A DNA stretch of 64,000 nt from Candidatus Nitrospinota bacterium M3_3B_026 (lineage in GTDB: Bacteria; Nitrospinota_A; UBA7883; JBPRGF01), in the NCBI GenBank assembly GCA_051418015.1, contig JBPRGF010000033.1:427564-491563 (forward strand), read 5' to 3'. Made by a program: the position numbers and the translations under genes. Positions 1 through 9,522 of the stretch are shown here, in pieces (position 1 is the stretch's first letter; each line of letters begins with the position of its first letter). The notes below the pieces were generated by a model, which was given only the letters and a program-made list of their open reading frames with translations, ran no database searches and had not been told where the DNA came from.

Positions 1-89
1 GGGACGTACTCGGCCTCTGTCTCTATCTCGCCGTCGGTGACGCCGCGGAGAAGGGCGTCGACCTCTTCCTGCGAAAGAATCTGGCTCAT
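1..89 (-). CDS. fliM: Flagellar motor switch protein FliM, N-terminus only (runs off window start)
   Basis: Reads MSQILSQEEVDALLRG, the CheY-binding LSQxEIDALL motif; lies directly downstream of fliL. Confidence 0.9.
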   Translation of the reverse strand, partial: MSQILSQEEVDALLRGVTDGEIETEAEYV

Positions 90-144
90 ACTCGCGCTAT
101 CTCCCGCCGGGGAGCGCCGCTCCTGATTTTATAACACTCATGTA

Positions 145-639
145 TTATTGTATCACGAACTCCACGAAATAAAGCTTGCGCACGACGCCGGTCGTCAGCA
201 ACGCATTGATTCTCTTGGCCATTTCCATTTTTAGATCGTATTTGCCCTGGATGCTGAGGATCTCTTCGGCGGTCTTGCTCGACAGGAGCGTTATCACCGT
301 GTCCTTGATCTGCGGCGAACGGTTGGCGATCTCCTCGGCCACGTTCTTGTCCGAGAGCTGGAGCACGACCACGACCTTCAGGTACCTGTTCACGTCCCCC
401 GTGAGGTTCACTATGAACGGGTCCAGCTCGTAGGTGGCCCCGAGCGACGCGCCAGCCTCTGTCTCGGCGGGCGCTTCCTCGCCGCTCTTTGCCGCCGGTT
501 CCGGCGCGGCGGCAAGCCTTGGCATCACGAGAAAATAGGCCGCCGCCCCGCCGCCTATGACCAGAATCAGCGCCGCGGCTATTATTATTATGAGTTTTCC
601 CGCGCCTTTTTTCGGGGCATCAGCCTCTTCATCGGCCAT
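145..639 (-). CDS. fliL: Flagellar basal body-associated protein FliL
   Basis: N-terminal TM helix, LDPFIVNL motif, YFVEFVIQ C-terminus; between motB and fliM. Confidence 0.93.
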   Translation of the reverse strand: MADEEADAPKKGAGKLIIIIAAALILVIGGGAAAYFLVMPRLAAAPEPAAKSGEEAPAETEAGASLGATYELDPFIVNLTGDVNRYLKVVVVLQLSDKNVAEEIANRSPQIKDTVITLLSSKTAEEILSIQGKYDLKMEMAKRINALLTTGVVRKLYFVEFVIQ

Positions 640-697
640 CTTCCGTCTCCTATTCTTTTACTCAAGGAACGAGGTTTTCATCTCTGTTCTTTCCGGT

Positions 698-1483
698 CTA
701 CAACCCGGCCGCGTCTCCATATCCTTTCCCCTCCGGCGCCTGCCGTATCACTATGTCCACCCGCCTGTTCCTTGCGCGGTAGGACTCGCTGAGGTTCGGC
801 GCCAGGGCCCGGGTGTCTGCGTATCCCACGGCTGAGAGACGGTCCATCCTCACGGGGGTGTTCTCCGCCATGTAGCGCATGACGTTCCCCGCCCTGGCCG
901 CGGAGAGCTCCCAGTTGGACGGGAACCTGTCTGTCGATATTGGTATATCGTCCGTGTGGCCCTCGATGATAAGCTCGCTTTCCGAAAATCTCAGGACTTC
1001 TCCCAGGCGCTTGAGGGTGGGGAGTATCTCCGGGTTTATGGCAGCCGAGCCGGGCCGGAACATGTTCTTGCTCGGGAAGCTCAGGACAAAACTCGGCCCG
1101 CGCCTGCTTATCGTGACGTCGGCCAGCAAAAGCCCCTCCAGCAGGCTTTCCTCCTCTATCTCAAGCGCCGCCTTCTCCTTGCCTCTCTCTTTTTTCAGAA
1201 ACTCCATGAACTCCTTGTAGCCCATCTGCCTGATCAGGGCCAGCCTGGGGCTGATGAACGGCGACGTGGGGGCTATCTCCGTAAGCTCCAGCGGCCCCGC
1301 GCCGCCCGCGAAGGCTGTGAACATCTCCTTCAAAACCTTGTCGTCCAGCGTGGACATCGAAAAAAGCAATACAAAGAAGGTAAGCAGAAGCGAAAGAAGA
1401 TCGCCGAAGGTGACCATCCAGAAGTCCTTGTCGAACTCCGCCGCCTTTGCTTTCTTCTTCTTCTGCGCCCGCGATATCGCCAT
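698..1483 (-). CDS. motB: Flagellar stator subunit MotB/PomB
   Basis: WMVTFGDLLSLLLTFF TM with conserved Asp; OmpA-like domain (EGHTDD, NWELSAARA, NRRVDI). Confidence 0.92.
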   Translation of the reverse strand: MAISRAQKKKKAKAAEFDKDFWMVTFGDLLSLLLTFFVLLFSMSTLDDKVLKEMFTAFAGGAGPLELTEIAPTSPFISPRLALIRQMGYKEFMEFLKKERGKEKAALEIEEESLLEGLLLADVTISRRGPSFVLSFPSKNMFRPGSAAINPEILPTLKRLGEVLRFSESELIIEGHTDDIPISTDRFPSNWELSAARAGNVMRYMAENTPVRMDRLSAVGYADTRALAPNLSESYRARNRRVDIVIRQAPEGKGYGDAAGL

Positions 1484-1497
1484 TCCGCAAGACTCCT

Positions 1498-2202
1498 TCA
1501 GACAGCGCGCTTGTAGATTATCCGCACGCGGTCGTTTTTCGCCCTGTTCTCCTCTGTGTCGTTCGGGTATTCAGGGCGCATGGCGCCGAACCCGGCTATG
1601 GAGAGCCTCTCGCTCTCCACCCCGCCTATTCGCACAAGCCCGCGGGTCACGGCCCCGGACCGCGCTACAGTAAGCTCCAGCCTGTCCCGGTACGCTCCGG
1701 CGGGCGTCCTGTCGCTCGTATAAGCCTCGATGCGGATGAAGCCTTCCATCTTGTTCAAGATCCCCGCCGCCTCGGCGATCAGTCCCGCCGCGGACTGCTT
1801 CAGCCTCGCGCTCCCCGGCTCAAAAAGGACCTCGCTTCTGATTGTTATCATCACGCCGCCCTTGCTCACGATCGTGCTCACCTTTTCGGCCAGTTGAGAC
1901 CTCATGGTGTAGCTTTCGAACTTGCCGAGGAGCATGGCGGTCTTCATCCTCGGTCCTGCGAGGGCGTCGGACTTCAACGATATCTCTTTTCCCTTGGACT
2001 TCATGGGCGAGAGCCCACCGCTCAGAATTCCCAGTGAGCCCGTCAGCGACCCCAGCGCGGCTTTTTTCTTGCTCTCGGCGGGGACGGACAGGGTGTTCAG
2101 CACTATGAAAAAGGCGAGGACGATCATCATCAGGGTGACGTTCATCATGTTCTGCATGTCGCCCCGCCTGCACGTGACCGGCCTGATCCCTTGCGTTCTC
2201 AT
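1498..2202 (-). CDS. MotB-like protein (TM plus OmpA-like domain) lacking the conserved TM Asp
   Basis: TM NVTLMMIVLAFFIVL aligns to the MotB TM with Thr at the Asp position; degenerate OmpA domain (EAYTSD, LTVARS, NDRVRI); ATGA overlap with motA stop. Confidence 0.8.
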   Translation of the reverse strand: MRTQGIRPVTCRRGDMQNMMNVTLMMIVLAFFIVLNTLSVPAESKKKAALGSLTGSLGILSGGLSPMKSKGKEISLKSDALAGPRMKTAMLLGKFESYTMRSQLAEKVSTIVSKGGVMITIRSEVLFEPGSARLKQSAAGLIAEAAGILNKMEGFIRIEAYTSDRTPAGAYRDRLELTVARSGAVTRGLVRIGGVESERLSIAGFGAMRPEYPNDTEENRAKNDRVRIIYKRAV

Positions 2203-2963
2203 TTTTCGAACTGGCTTTCCCTGAGTTTCGGCAACAGGAAGGCGTGGAGTTTCTGCTCTATCAGCCTTGGGTTGTCGCCCGAGGCGATGGATATAACGCC
2301 TTCCATGACCAGCTCCTTCACGACGGTCTCGTCGGCGCTGCGTTTCTTGAGTTTGCCGGCCATGGGTAAAAAGACAAGGTTGGCCAGCAACGCGCCGTAG
2401 AAGGTGGTGATGAGCGCTATGGCCATGGAGGGGCCGATGGTGGAGGGGTCGTCGAGCTTCTGGAGCATGAGCACAAGCCCTATCAGGGTCCCTATCATGC
2501 CGAAGGCGGGCAGGAACGTGCCGAAGGTCTGGGCCATCTCGGCGCCGATCCTGTGACGCTCCTTTATGTACTCCACCTCGGTCTCCAGTATCTTCATTAT
2601 CATCTGCGGCTCCGCGCCGTCGATGGCAAGCTGCAATCCGCGGCTCAGAAAAGGGTCATCCACCTGGCCCATCACCGACTGCAACGCCAGAATTCCGTCG
2701 CGCCGGGCCCGCGTGGCGAAGTCTATGATGGTGGGGATGACCTGTCTGGGCGACTGGGTCTTGTAGAGCATTGTCTTTTTCAGCACGCCTATCATGGTGA
2801 AAAGATCCGACAGGGGATAGTTCACCATCACCGCGGCCAGTGTGCCCCCGATGACGATCAGAAACGAGGGGACGCTTATGAAAATGGCCAGCTGCGAGGG
2901 GCCGATGGCCGCGGATATCACCGCCAGGCCGCCCACCACCCCTAGAATAGTCGCTATATCCAT
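2199..2963 (-). CDS. motA: Flagellar stator subunit MotA/PomA
   Basis: MDIATILG start, ARRDGILAL, PAFGMIGTLIGLV, ALITTFYG motifs. Confidence 0.95.
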   Translation of the reverse strand: MDIATILGVVGGLAVISAAIGPSQLAIFISVPSFLIVIGGTLAAVMVNYPLSDLFTMIGVLKKTMLYKTQSPRQVIPTIIDFATRARRDGILALQSVMGQVDDPFLSRGLQLAIDGAEPQMIMKILETEVEYIKERHRIGAEMAQTFGTFLPAFGMIGTLIGLVLMLQKLDDPSTIGPSMAIALITTFYGALLANLVFLPMAGKLKKRSADETVVKELVMEGVISIASGDNPRLIEQKLHAFLLPKLRESQFEK

Positions 2964-3015
2964 TTAATCCGCGCCGCTTGCCTTACAAAAAAAAACACCA
3001 TCGCGATCATGCAGG

Positions 3016-3031
3016 AGCAATATCGATACCA
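3016..3031 (-). promoter_or_regulatory. Putative sigma-54 (-24/-12) promoter of the motA operon
   Basis: Minus strand TGGTATCGATATTGCT: GG-N10-GC with TTGC, about 50 nt upstream of the motA ATG. Confidence 0.6.
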
Positions 3032-3230
3032 CTCCCGTATCAGAGCCCAAGCGTCATCTCGTTGACGCTTCAGGCCATCTCCCGGCTCCGGGGAATCATT
3101 ATATGTTAGAAGAGCTTTTTCTGAAACATCCGGACGGCGCAGGCGGCCGCGGGACAGGCGGAACGAGGGTGAAATTCAGGGTTTTCCGGCCTTTCTTTAC
3201 ACCCGGCCCGAAAGGATGTAAATTCCATCC

Positions 3231-4490
3231 ATGCGAGTCCTTGCGATGATCCTGGCGGGGGGTGAGGGCAAAAGGCTTTATCCCCTGACAAAAGACCGTT
3301 CCAAGCCCGCCGTCCCTTTCGGTGGAAGGTACAGGATCATAGACTTTGTCCTGTCGAACTTCGTGAACTCGGGTTTCACAAAGATAAAAGTCCTGACCCA
3401 GTTCAAGTCCGACTCCCTCAACCGCCACCTGGCCCGCGGCTGGCAGCTGTCGTCGATCATCGACCAGTACATAGACCCCGTGCCCGCCCAGATGCGCACC
3501 GGCAGGGATTGGTACAGGGGAACGGCGGACGCCATATTCCAGAACATGCACATCGTGGAAGACGAAAACCCGGACTTCGTCATGGTCTTCGGCGGCGACC
3601 ACATCTATCGGATGGACGTAAGCCAGATGCTGCGCGGGCACATAGAAAACGCCGCCGATCTCACCGTCGCCGCCATACCATACCACCGGAGCAAGGCGAG
3701 CGATTTCGGCATCATACAGGTCGATGAGCAATGGCGTATCAAGCGCTTCCTGGAAAAGCCAAAGGACCCGCCCCCCATCCCGGGAATGCCTGACCATTCC
3801 CTAGTCTCCATGGGCAACTACATCTTCTCCCGCAGAGCCCTGGAGGAGGCGATCGTCGAGGACGCGAAAAAGAACACCGAGCATGACTTCGGCAAGAACA
3901 TCATCGTCTCCATGCTGCCCGACTACAAGGTCTTCGCCTATGACTTCAACAGCAACGACGTCCCCGGCATGACGGAGAAAGAGCGCGGTTACTGGCGCGA
4001 CGTGGGGAGCCTGGACCAATACTGGAAGGCGTCGATGGATCTTGTCTCGGTCTCCCCCGTCTTCAACCTCTACAACCAGCAATGGCCCATCCGCTGCCAT
4101 TATCCCCCCGCCCCGCCGGCCAAGTTCGTCTTCGCCGACATAGGTAAACGCGCCGGGATGGCGACGGACTCGCTCGTGGCGGAAGGGTGCATCATCTCCG
4201 GAGGCAGGATAAACAGGACGGTCCTCTTTCCCAATTGCCGGATAAACAGCTACTCGCGGGTGGACGAGTCCGTGCTGATGGAGGGTGTGACGGTGGGGCG
4301 CCACTGCAAGGTGAAAAAAGCCATCATCGATAAATACGTGAATGTCCCCGAGGGGGCGGAGATAGGCTACGACCTGGAAAAAGACAGGAAGAGATTCCAT
4401 GTCACGGAAAACGGAATAGTGGTGATATCGAAAGGCGCGCACATACCCAGGCTCAACCCACACGCTCTTCAGGCCCAGGACAGCCACTGA
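3231..4490 (+). CDS. glgC: Glucose-1-phosphate adenylyltransferase
   Basis: ILAGGEGKRLYPLT, KPAVPFGGRYRIIDF, WYRGTADA, EKP, SMGNYIF, YWRDVG. Confidence 0.97.
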   Translation: MRVLAMILAGGEGKRLYPLTKDRSKPAVPFGGRYRIIDFVLSNFVNSGFTKIKVLTQFKSDSLNRHLARGWQLSSIIDQYIDPVPAQMRTGRDWYRGTADAIFQNMHIVEDENPDFVMVFGGDHIYRMDVSQMLRGHIENAADLTVAAIPYHRSKASDFGIIQVDEQWRIKRFLEKPKDPPPIPGMPDHSLVSMGNYIFSRRALEEAIVEDAKKNTEHDFGKNIIVSMLPDYKVFAYDFNSNDVPGMTEKERGYWRDVGSLDQYWKASMDLVSVSPVFNLYNQQWPIRCHYPPAPPAKFVFADIGKRAGMATDSLVAEGCIISGGRINRTVLFPNCRINSYSRVDESVLMEGVTVGRHCKVKKAIIDKYVNVPEGAEIGYDLEKDRKRFHVTENGIVVISKGAHIPRLNPHALQAQDSH

Positions 4491-4627
4491 CGGCGCCACG
4501 CCTTGCGCCGGCTGGTTTTCGAGAATTTCCGCCGCCATGCTTTCCCCGGGAATTGCAAAATAAGGTCTTTACTGCGCCCATGGATACGGGTTATCCATAT
4601 AGCTTTGTCGATCTTGGAGATATCCGG

Positions 4628-5917
4628 ATGAGAATCCTGGAGACAAAAGACCCCGTCTTCGAAAAGACAATGGCCCTGCTGGAGCGCCGCCTCGAAGCGG
4701 GCTCCTCCGGAGCCGGCAAGGCTGTCGAGAGAATAATAAAGGACGTCAAACGACGCGGCGACGCGGCCGTCCTTGCATGGACTAAAAGACTGGACGGCGC
4801 CTCGTACACCGCCCGGTCCATGCGAGTCTCCGAAAGGGAGATGGCGAAAGCCGAAAAACTATCCGACCCCGAAACCGCCCGCGCCCTCAAGAAGGCCGCC
4901 CGGCGGATAAAAAAGTTCCACGCCAGGCAGAGAGAAAAGGGGTGGTCTTTCCGTGATGAAGGCGTCACGCTGGGACAGGCGGTGACCCCCCTCTCATCCG
5001 CCGGGGTGTACGTCCCCGGCGGCAAGGCGGCCTATCCAAGCTCCGTGCTGATGAACGTAATACCGGCTAAGATCGCGGGCGTCCCCCGCGTCGTAATGAC
5101 AACCCCCGCTCCGGGAGGCAAGATAAACCCCCATGTGCTGCTGGCGGCGAAGATCGCGGGCGTGGACGAGATATACAAGATCGGCGGCGCGCAGGCCGTC
5201 GGCGCGCTGGCCTACGGGACGAGGACGATAAAACCCGTGGACAAGATCGTGGGCCCGGGCAATGTCTACGTGGCGGAGGCCAAGCGGCGCGTCTTCGGAG
5301 CCGTGGACATAGACATGATAGCTGGCCCCAGCGAGATACTGGTCATCGCCGACTCGTCGGCGAACCCGGCCCACGCCGCGGCGGACCTTTTGTCCCAGGC
5401 GGAGCACGACGAGAACGCATACCCCATCCTCGTCACCACTTCGAAAAAATTCGCTTTGGCTGTGAACGTGGAGATGGAACGGCAGATCGAAAAACTCCCC
5501 CGCGCGGCGATAGTCAAAAAATGCCTGCGGAAAAATTGTTATTGTTTCATCGCAAGAAGCATGAGCGAGGCCATAGAGATCGCCAACCGCTTCGCGCCGG
5601 AGCACCTGGAGCTTCTCGTGAAAAACGCGCGCGGGCTCTCTGGTAAAATAAAGAACGCGGGCGCCGTATTCGCCGGGCCGTGGACGCCGGAAGCTCTGGG
5701 GGATTATATGGCCGGGCCGAACCACGTCCTGCCCACGGGAGGCGCGGCGCGTTTCTCGTCGCCTCTCGGCGTGTACGATTTCGTGAAGCGGACGAGCCTG
5801 CTGTCCTTCGACGAGAGGGGTTTCAGAAAGCTGGCCGGCGCCGTCATCGCCCTGGCCGAGGAGGAGGGCCTCTCCGCCCACGCGAACGCCGTAAAGATGA
5901 GGCTGAAGGAAAAATGA
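4628..5917 (+). CDS. hisD: Histidinol dehydrogenase
   Basis: GVYVPGG, GPGNVYV, DMIAGPSE, SQAEHD, APEHLE, GPNHVLPT; start taken at ATG 4628 after GGAG. Confidence 0.96.
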   Translation: MRILETKDPVFEKTMALLERRLEAGSSGAGKAVERIIKDVKRRGDAAVLAWTKRLDGASYTARSMRVSEREMAKAEKLSDPETARALKKAARRIKKFHARQREKGWSFRDEGVTLGQAVTPLSSAGVYVPGGKAAYPSSVLMNVIPAKIAGVPRVVMTTPAPGGKINPHVLLAAKIAGVDEIYKIGGAQAVGALAYGTRTIKPVDKIVGPGNVYVAEAKRRVFGAVDIDMIAGPSEILVIADSSANPAHAAADLLSQAEHDENAYPILVTTSKKFALAVNVEMERQIEKLPRAAIVKKCLRKNCYCFIARSMSEAIEIANRFAPEHLELLVKNARGLSGKIKNAGAVFAGPWTPEALGDYMAGPNHVLPTGGAARFSSPLGVYDFVKRTSLLSFDERGFRKLAGAVIALAEEEGLSAHANAVKMRLKEK

Positions 5918-6978
5918 AAGACCCCGTAAAACTCGTCCGCCGGAGAATACGGGAGCTTTCCGCCTATCACGTGGAGCCGCGCCCCTGCGAGGTGGTCTTG
6001 GACGCGAACGAGTCTCCCCATCCCCTGCCGGGGCCGCTGCGCCCGAAAATCGAAGCGGCTTTAAAAATCGAGCTCAACCGATATCCCGATCCCGAGGCGA
6101 AGGCGCTTAAAAAGGCGATCGCGGCGAAGGAAGGGGTTCGCGAGGACGAAATTCTTCTCGGCAACGGCTCGGACGAAGTCATTCAAGCGCTGATCGCCTC
6201 CGTCTGCGACCCCGGCGACAAGATTCTCGTCCCAGCGCCGACTTTCACGATGTACAAGCTGATCGCGCGATACCTGAACGCCGACACAATCGAGGTTCCG
6301 CTCCTCGACGACTGGTCGCTCGACATCTCCGCCGTGATCCATAACATGAAGTTCGGCGCGCCGAAAATAATCTTCATCGCCTCGCCCAACAACCCCACCG
6401 GCGCCATGGCAAACAGGGAGGCGTTGGACGCCGTGGTGGACGCCGCGCCGGGCCTTGTAGCCGTTGACGAGGCGTACATCGACTACGCGAAGGCCCCTGC
6501 GGGCCCCCTGTTCCGCGAGAGGAAAAACGTGGTCATCCTGCGCACCCTCTCCAAGATCGGGCTTGCGGGAATTCGCCTTGGATACATGATGGCGGACGCG
6601 GCGCTGATAGAGCAGGTAAATAAGGTCCGCCTGCCATACAACATAAACTCCATGGTCCAGGCCATCGCGAGAATCGCAGTAGAAAACTGGCGCGAGTTTC
6701 TACCGGCCCTCGGCTCGATAGTGAAAGAGCGCGGGAGGGTATTCGAGGAACTCTCACGGATGGGCGGCGTCCACCCCTTCCCCTCCGAGGCGAACTTCAT
6801 TCTGATTCGGATAGAGGAGAGAAGCGCGGGGGAGATATTCGAACGGCTGCTTTCCGAAGGGGTTCGCGTCCGCTGGTTCGAGGGGGACCCGAGGCTTGGG
6901 GATTGTCTGCGCGGCGCCATCGGGACGCCGGAAGAAAACGGCCGTTTCCTCGCAGCGCTGAAGAAGGCGCTTTCATGA
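5914..6978 (+). CDS. hisC: Histidinol-phosphate aminotransferase
   Basis: LDANESP, NRYPD, GNGSDE, PNNPTG, DEAY, RTLSK; ATGA overlap with hisD. Confidence 0.95.
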   Translation: MKDPVKLVRRRIRELSAYHVEPRPCEVVLDANESPHPLPGPLRPKIEAALKIELNRYPDPEAKALKKAIAAKEGVREDEILLGNGSDEVIQALIASVCDPGDKILVPAPTFTMYKLIARYLNADTIEVPLLDDWSLDISAVIHNMKFGAPKIIFIASPNNPTGAMANREALDAVVDAAPGLVAVDEAYIDYAKAPAGPLFRERKNVVILRTLSKIGLAGIRLGYMMADAALIEQVNKVRLPYNINSMVQAIARIAVENWREFLPALGSIVKERGRVFEELSRMGGVHPFPSEANFILIRIEERSAGEIFERLLSEGVRVRWFEGDPRLGDCLRGAIGTPEENGRFLAALKKALS

Positions 6979-7409
6979 AGCGCGTCAAAAAATGTCCGGC
7001 CTGCGGCGCGGAGGCGCCCATCCGCCTGAACCCTTATCTCACGGTGGATATAATCATAGAGGTGGGGGACAGAATCGTTCTCATCGAGCGCGGCGGCGAG
7101 CCGGAAGGCTGGGCCATCCCTGGCGGGTTCGTCGATTACGGCGAGACGGTGGAGGCCGCCGCCGTCCGCGAGGCGAGAGAGGAGACGGGGCTGGACGTGG
7201 AGCTTGTCCGTCAGTTCCATGTATATTCGGACCCTCGCCGCGACCCGCGCCAGCACAACGCCTCGGTGGTCTTCATCGCGAAAGCCGAGGGCGAGCCGAA
7301 GGGAGGCGACGATGCGAAGCGGGCGGCTCTTTTCACGAAGGACAGTCTGCCGCAGCTTGCCTTCGACCACGAGAAGATACTGGACGACTATTTCAACAAG
7401 AGATACTAG
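6975..7409 (+). CDS. NUDIX hydrolase
   Basis: Nudix box [28 protein letters not shown] motif; N-terminal CPAC. Confidence 0.9.
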   Translation: MKRVKKCPACGAEAPIRLNPYLTVDIIIEVGDRIVLIERGGEPEGWAIPGGFVDYGETVEAAAVREAREETGLDVELVRQFHVYSDPRRDPRQHNASVVFIAKAEGEPKGGDDAKRAALFTKDSLPQLAFDHEKILDDYFNKRY

Positions 7410-7411
7410 GC

Positions 7412-8353
7412 ATGTCCGAAGAAGCCTTCGACGTCGTAACGGGCGCGTTCGGATACTCCGGCAAGTACATAACAAAATTTCTGCTGGAAAAAGGACGGAA
7501 GGTCCGTACGATAACAGGCTCGCCGGAGCGGGAAAATCCTTTCGGCGAAAAGGTCGCCCCCTTCCCGTTCAACTTCGGCAAGCCCGAAAAACTCGTGGAG
7601 ACGCTGCGCGGCGCGGACGTTCTTTACAACACCTACTGGGTGCGGTTCAACCATGGAGACTTCACCCACGAGGCGGCCGTCCAGAACACCTTCACGCTTT
7701 TCGCCGCGGCGAAGGAGGCGGGCGTCCGGAGAGTCGTCCACATCAGCATAACGAACCCTTCCGAGGATTCGCCGCTTGAGTATTTCCGGGGCAAGGCAAG
7801 GCAGGAGCGGTCGCTAATGGAGTCCGGCCTGTCATACGCCATCCTGCGGCCCACGGTTCTTTTCGGCGACGAGGACATACTGATAAACAACATAGCGTGG
7901 GTTTTGAGGCGGTTCCCCGCATTCGGCCTGTTCGGGTTCGGCGACTACCGCCTGCGTCCCATGTTCGTGGAGGACATGGCGGCGCTGGCCGTCGAGCAGG
8001 GGGAGGGCTCCGAAAACGTCGTGATCGACGCCGTGGGGCCGGAGTCTTTCGCCTTCCGGGATCTGGTGGAAACCATCGCCGACGCTATAGGCGTCCGGCG
8101 TCTCATCGTCCCCATGCCCCCGTTCGCGGCGCATCTTTTCGGCGCGGTCATGGGCAAGCTCAAGGGCGACGTTCTCATCACGAGGGATGAGATCGACGGG
8201 CTGATGGCCGGGCTCCTGGACACGGACTCCCCAGCCACCGGAGCCACGCGGCTTACCGAGTGGATAAGGGAAAACCGGGAAACGCTGGGCCGCAAGTACT
8301 CAAGCGAACTCGCCCGCAGGCTGGACAGGAAGAGCGCCTACGAGAGGCTTTAA
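7412..8353 (+). CDS. NAD-dependent epimerase/dehydratase (SDR, NDUFA9-like)
   Basis: VTGAFGYSG Rossmann motif, YFRGK (YxxxK), LRPTVLFG. Confidence 0.85.
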   Translation: MSEEAFDVVTGAFGYSGKYITKFLLEKGRKVRTITGSPERENPFGEKVAPFPFNFGKPEKLVETLRGADVLYNTYWVRFNHGDFTHEAAVQNTFTLFAAAKEAGVRRVVHISITNPSEDSPLEYFRGKARQERSLMESGLSYAILRPTVLFGDEDILINNIAWVLRRFPAFGLFGFGDYRLRPMFVEDMAALAVEQGEGSENVVIDAVGPESFAFRDLVETIADAIGVRRLIVPMPPFAAHLFGAVMGKLKGDVLITRDEIDGLMAGLLDTDSPATGATRLTEWIRENRETLGRKYSSELARRLDRKSAYERL

Positions 8354-9513
8354 GAGGTCGAGGCGCCGCGCGCCCGCTCCACGATATCCGGCAGGACGGC
8401 CATGAGATAGTCCACGTCCTCCATCGTGTTCTGCCGCCCGAGGGATATCCGCAGGCTGCCGTTTATGAACTCGGCGGGGACATCCATGGCCTTGAGGACA
8501 TGGGAAGGCTCCATGGCGCCGGAGCCGCACGCGGAGCCGGTTGAAACAAGAACGCCCTCCATATCCAAGTTGATGAAGAGCGCCTCGCCGTCGGCGCCTT
8601 TGAAGGATGCGTTCAGCGTCCCCGGCAGGCGCCTTTCACCACCGCCGTTCACGCGGACGTCTTTTATGGTCTCGATGATCCTGCGTTCCAGCTCGTCGCG
8701 CAGGCTCCTGATCCGCTCCGCCTCGCTTTCAAGCTCCGCCGCGCCCAGCTCCACCGCCTTGGCAAAACCGATGATCCCCGGCGCGTTCTCCGTCCCGGCG
8801 CGAAGGCCGCGTTCATGATGACCGCCATGAAACAGCGGCTCCACCTTCGTCCCGCTTCGGACGTAGAGCGCCCCGACGCCTTTGGGGCCGTTCACCTTGT
8901 GGGACGACAACGAGAGCATGTCGACGCCGAGGTCGTCGACATTGACAGGTATCTTCATGAACGCCTGCACGGCGTCGGTGTGGACGGCGGCTCCTTTCGT
9001 CCGCGCCAGCTCAGCGATCCGCCCCACAGGCTGGATCACGCCGGATTCGTTGTTGGCAAGCATTATCGTGACGAGGATCGTGTCGTCATCGACAGCCTCC
9101 GCCACCGCCTTCTCGTCAACGGCCCCGGCCCCGGAGACGGGAGCTTTTCTGACCGCGATACCGTTATTCTCCAGGTATTCGAGGCTCCCGAAAACGGCGG
9201 GATGCTCTATTGCGGACGTGACGATGGCCGGGGACGCGCCACTTCTGTTGGCCGCGGCGAACCCTTTCACTGCAAGGTTGTCCGCCTCCGTCCCGCCGGA
9301 GGTGAAAAAAATCTCCGAAGGCTTAGCGCCGATGGCGGACGCGATTGTCTCCCGCGCATCGCTTATCCACGCCTTTGCCTCGCGCCCAAGTCGATGGGCG
9401 GACGATGGGTTGCCGAAAGACGCCTCGTAAAATGGAAGCATTGCCTCCAGCGCCTCCGGGCGGACGGGAGTTGTGGCGTTGTTGTCGAGGTAGACAAGCC
9501 TGGGGGCCGTCAT
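8350..9513 (-). CDS. iscS: Cysteine desulfurase (IscS/NifS family)
   Basis: YLDNNATTP, GNPSSAH, TSGGTE, SSHKVNGPKG, STGSACGSG. Confidence 0.93.
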   Translation of the reverse strand: MTAPRLVYLDNNATTPVRPEALEAMLPFYEASFGNPSSAHRLGREAKAWISDARETIASAIGAKPSEIFFTSGGTEADNLAVKGFAAANRSGASPAIVTSAIEHPAVFGSLEYLENNGIAVRKAPVSGAGAVDEKAVAEAVDDDTILVTIMLANNESGVIQPVGRIAELARTKGAAVHTDAVQAFMKIPVNVDDLGVDMLSLSSHKVNGPKGVGALYVRSGTKVEPLFHGGHHERGLRAGTENAPGIIGFAKAVELGAAELESEAERIRSLRDELERRIIETIKDVRVNGGGERRLPGTLNASFKGADGEALFINLDMEGVLVSTGSACGSGAMEPSHVLKAMDVPAEFINGSLRISLGRQNTMEDVDYLMAVLPDIVERARGASTS

Positions 9514-9522
9514 TTCTTCCCT

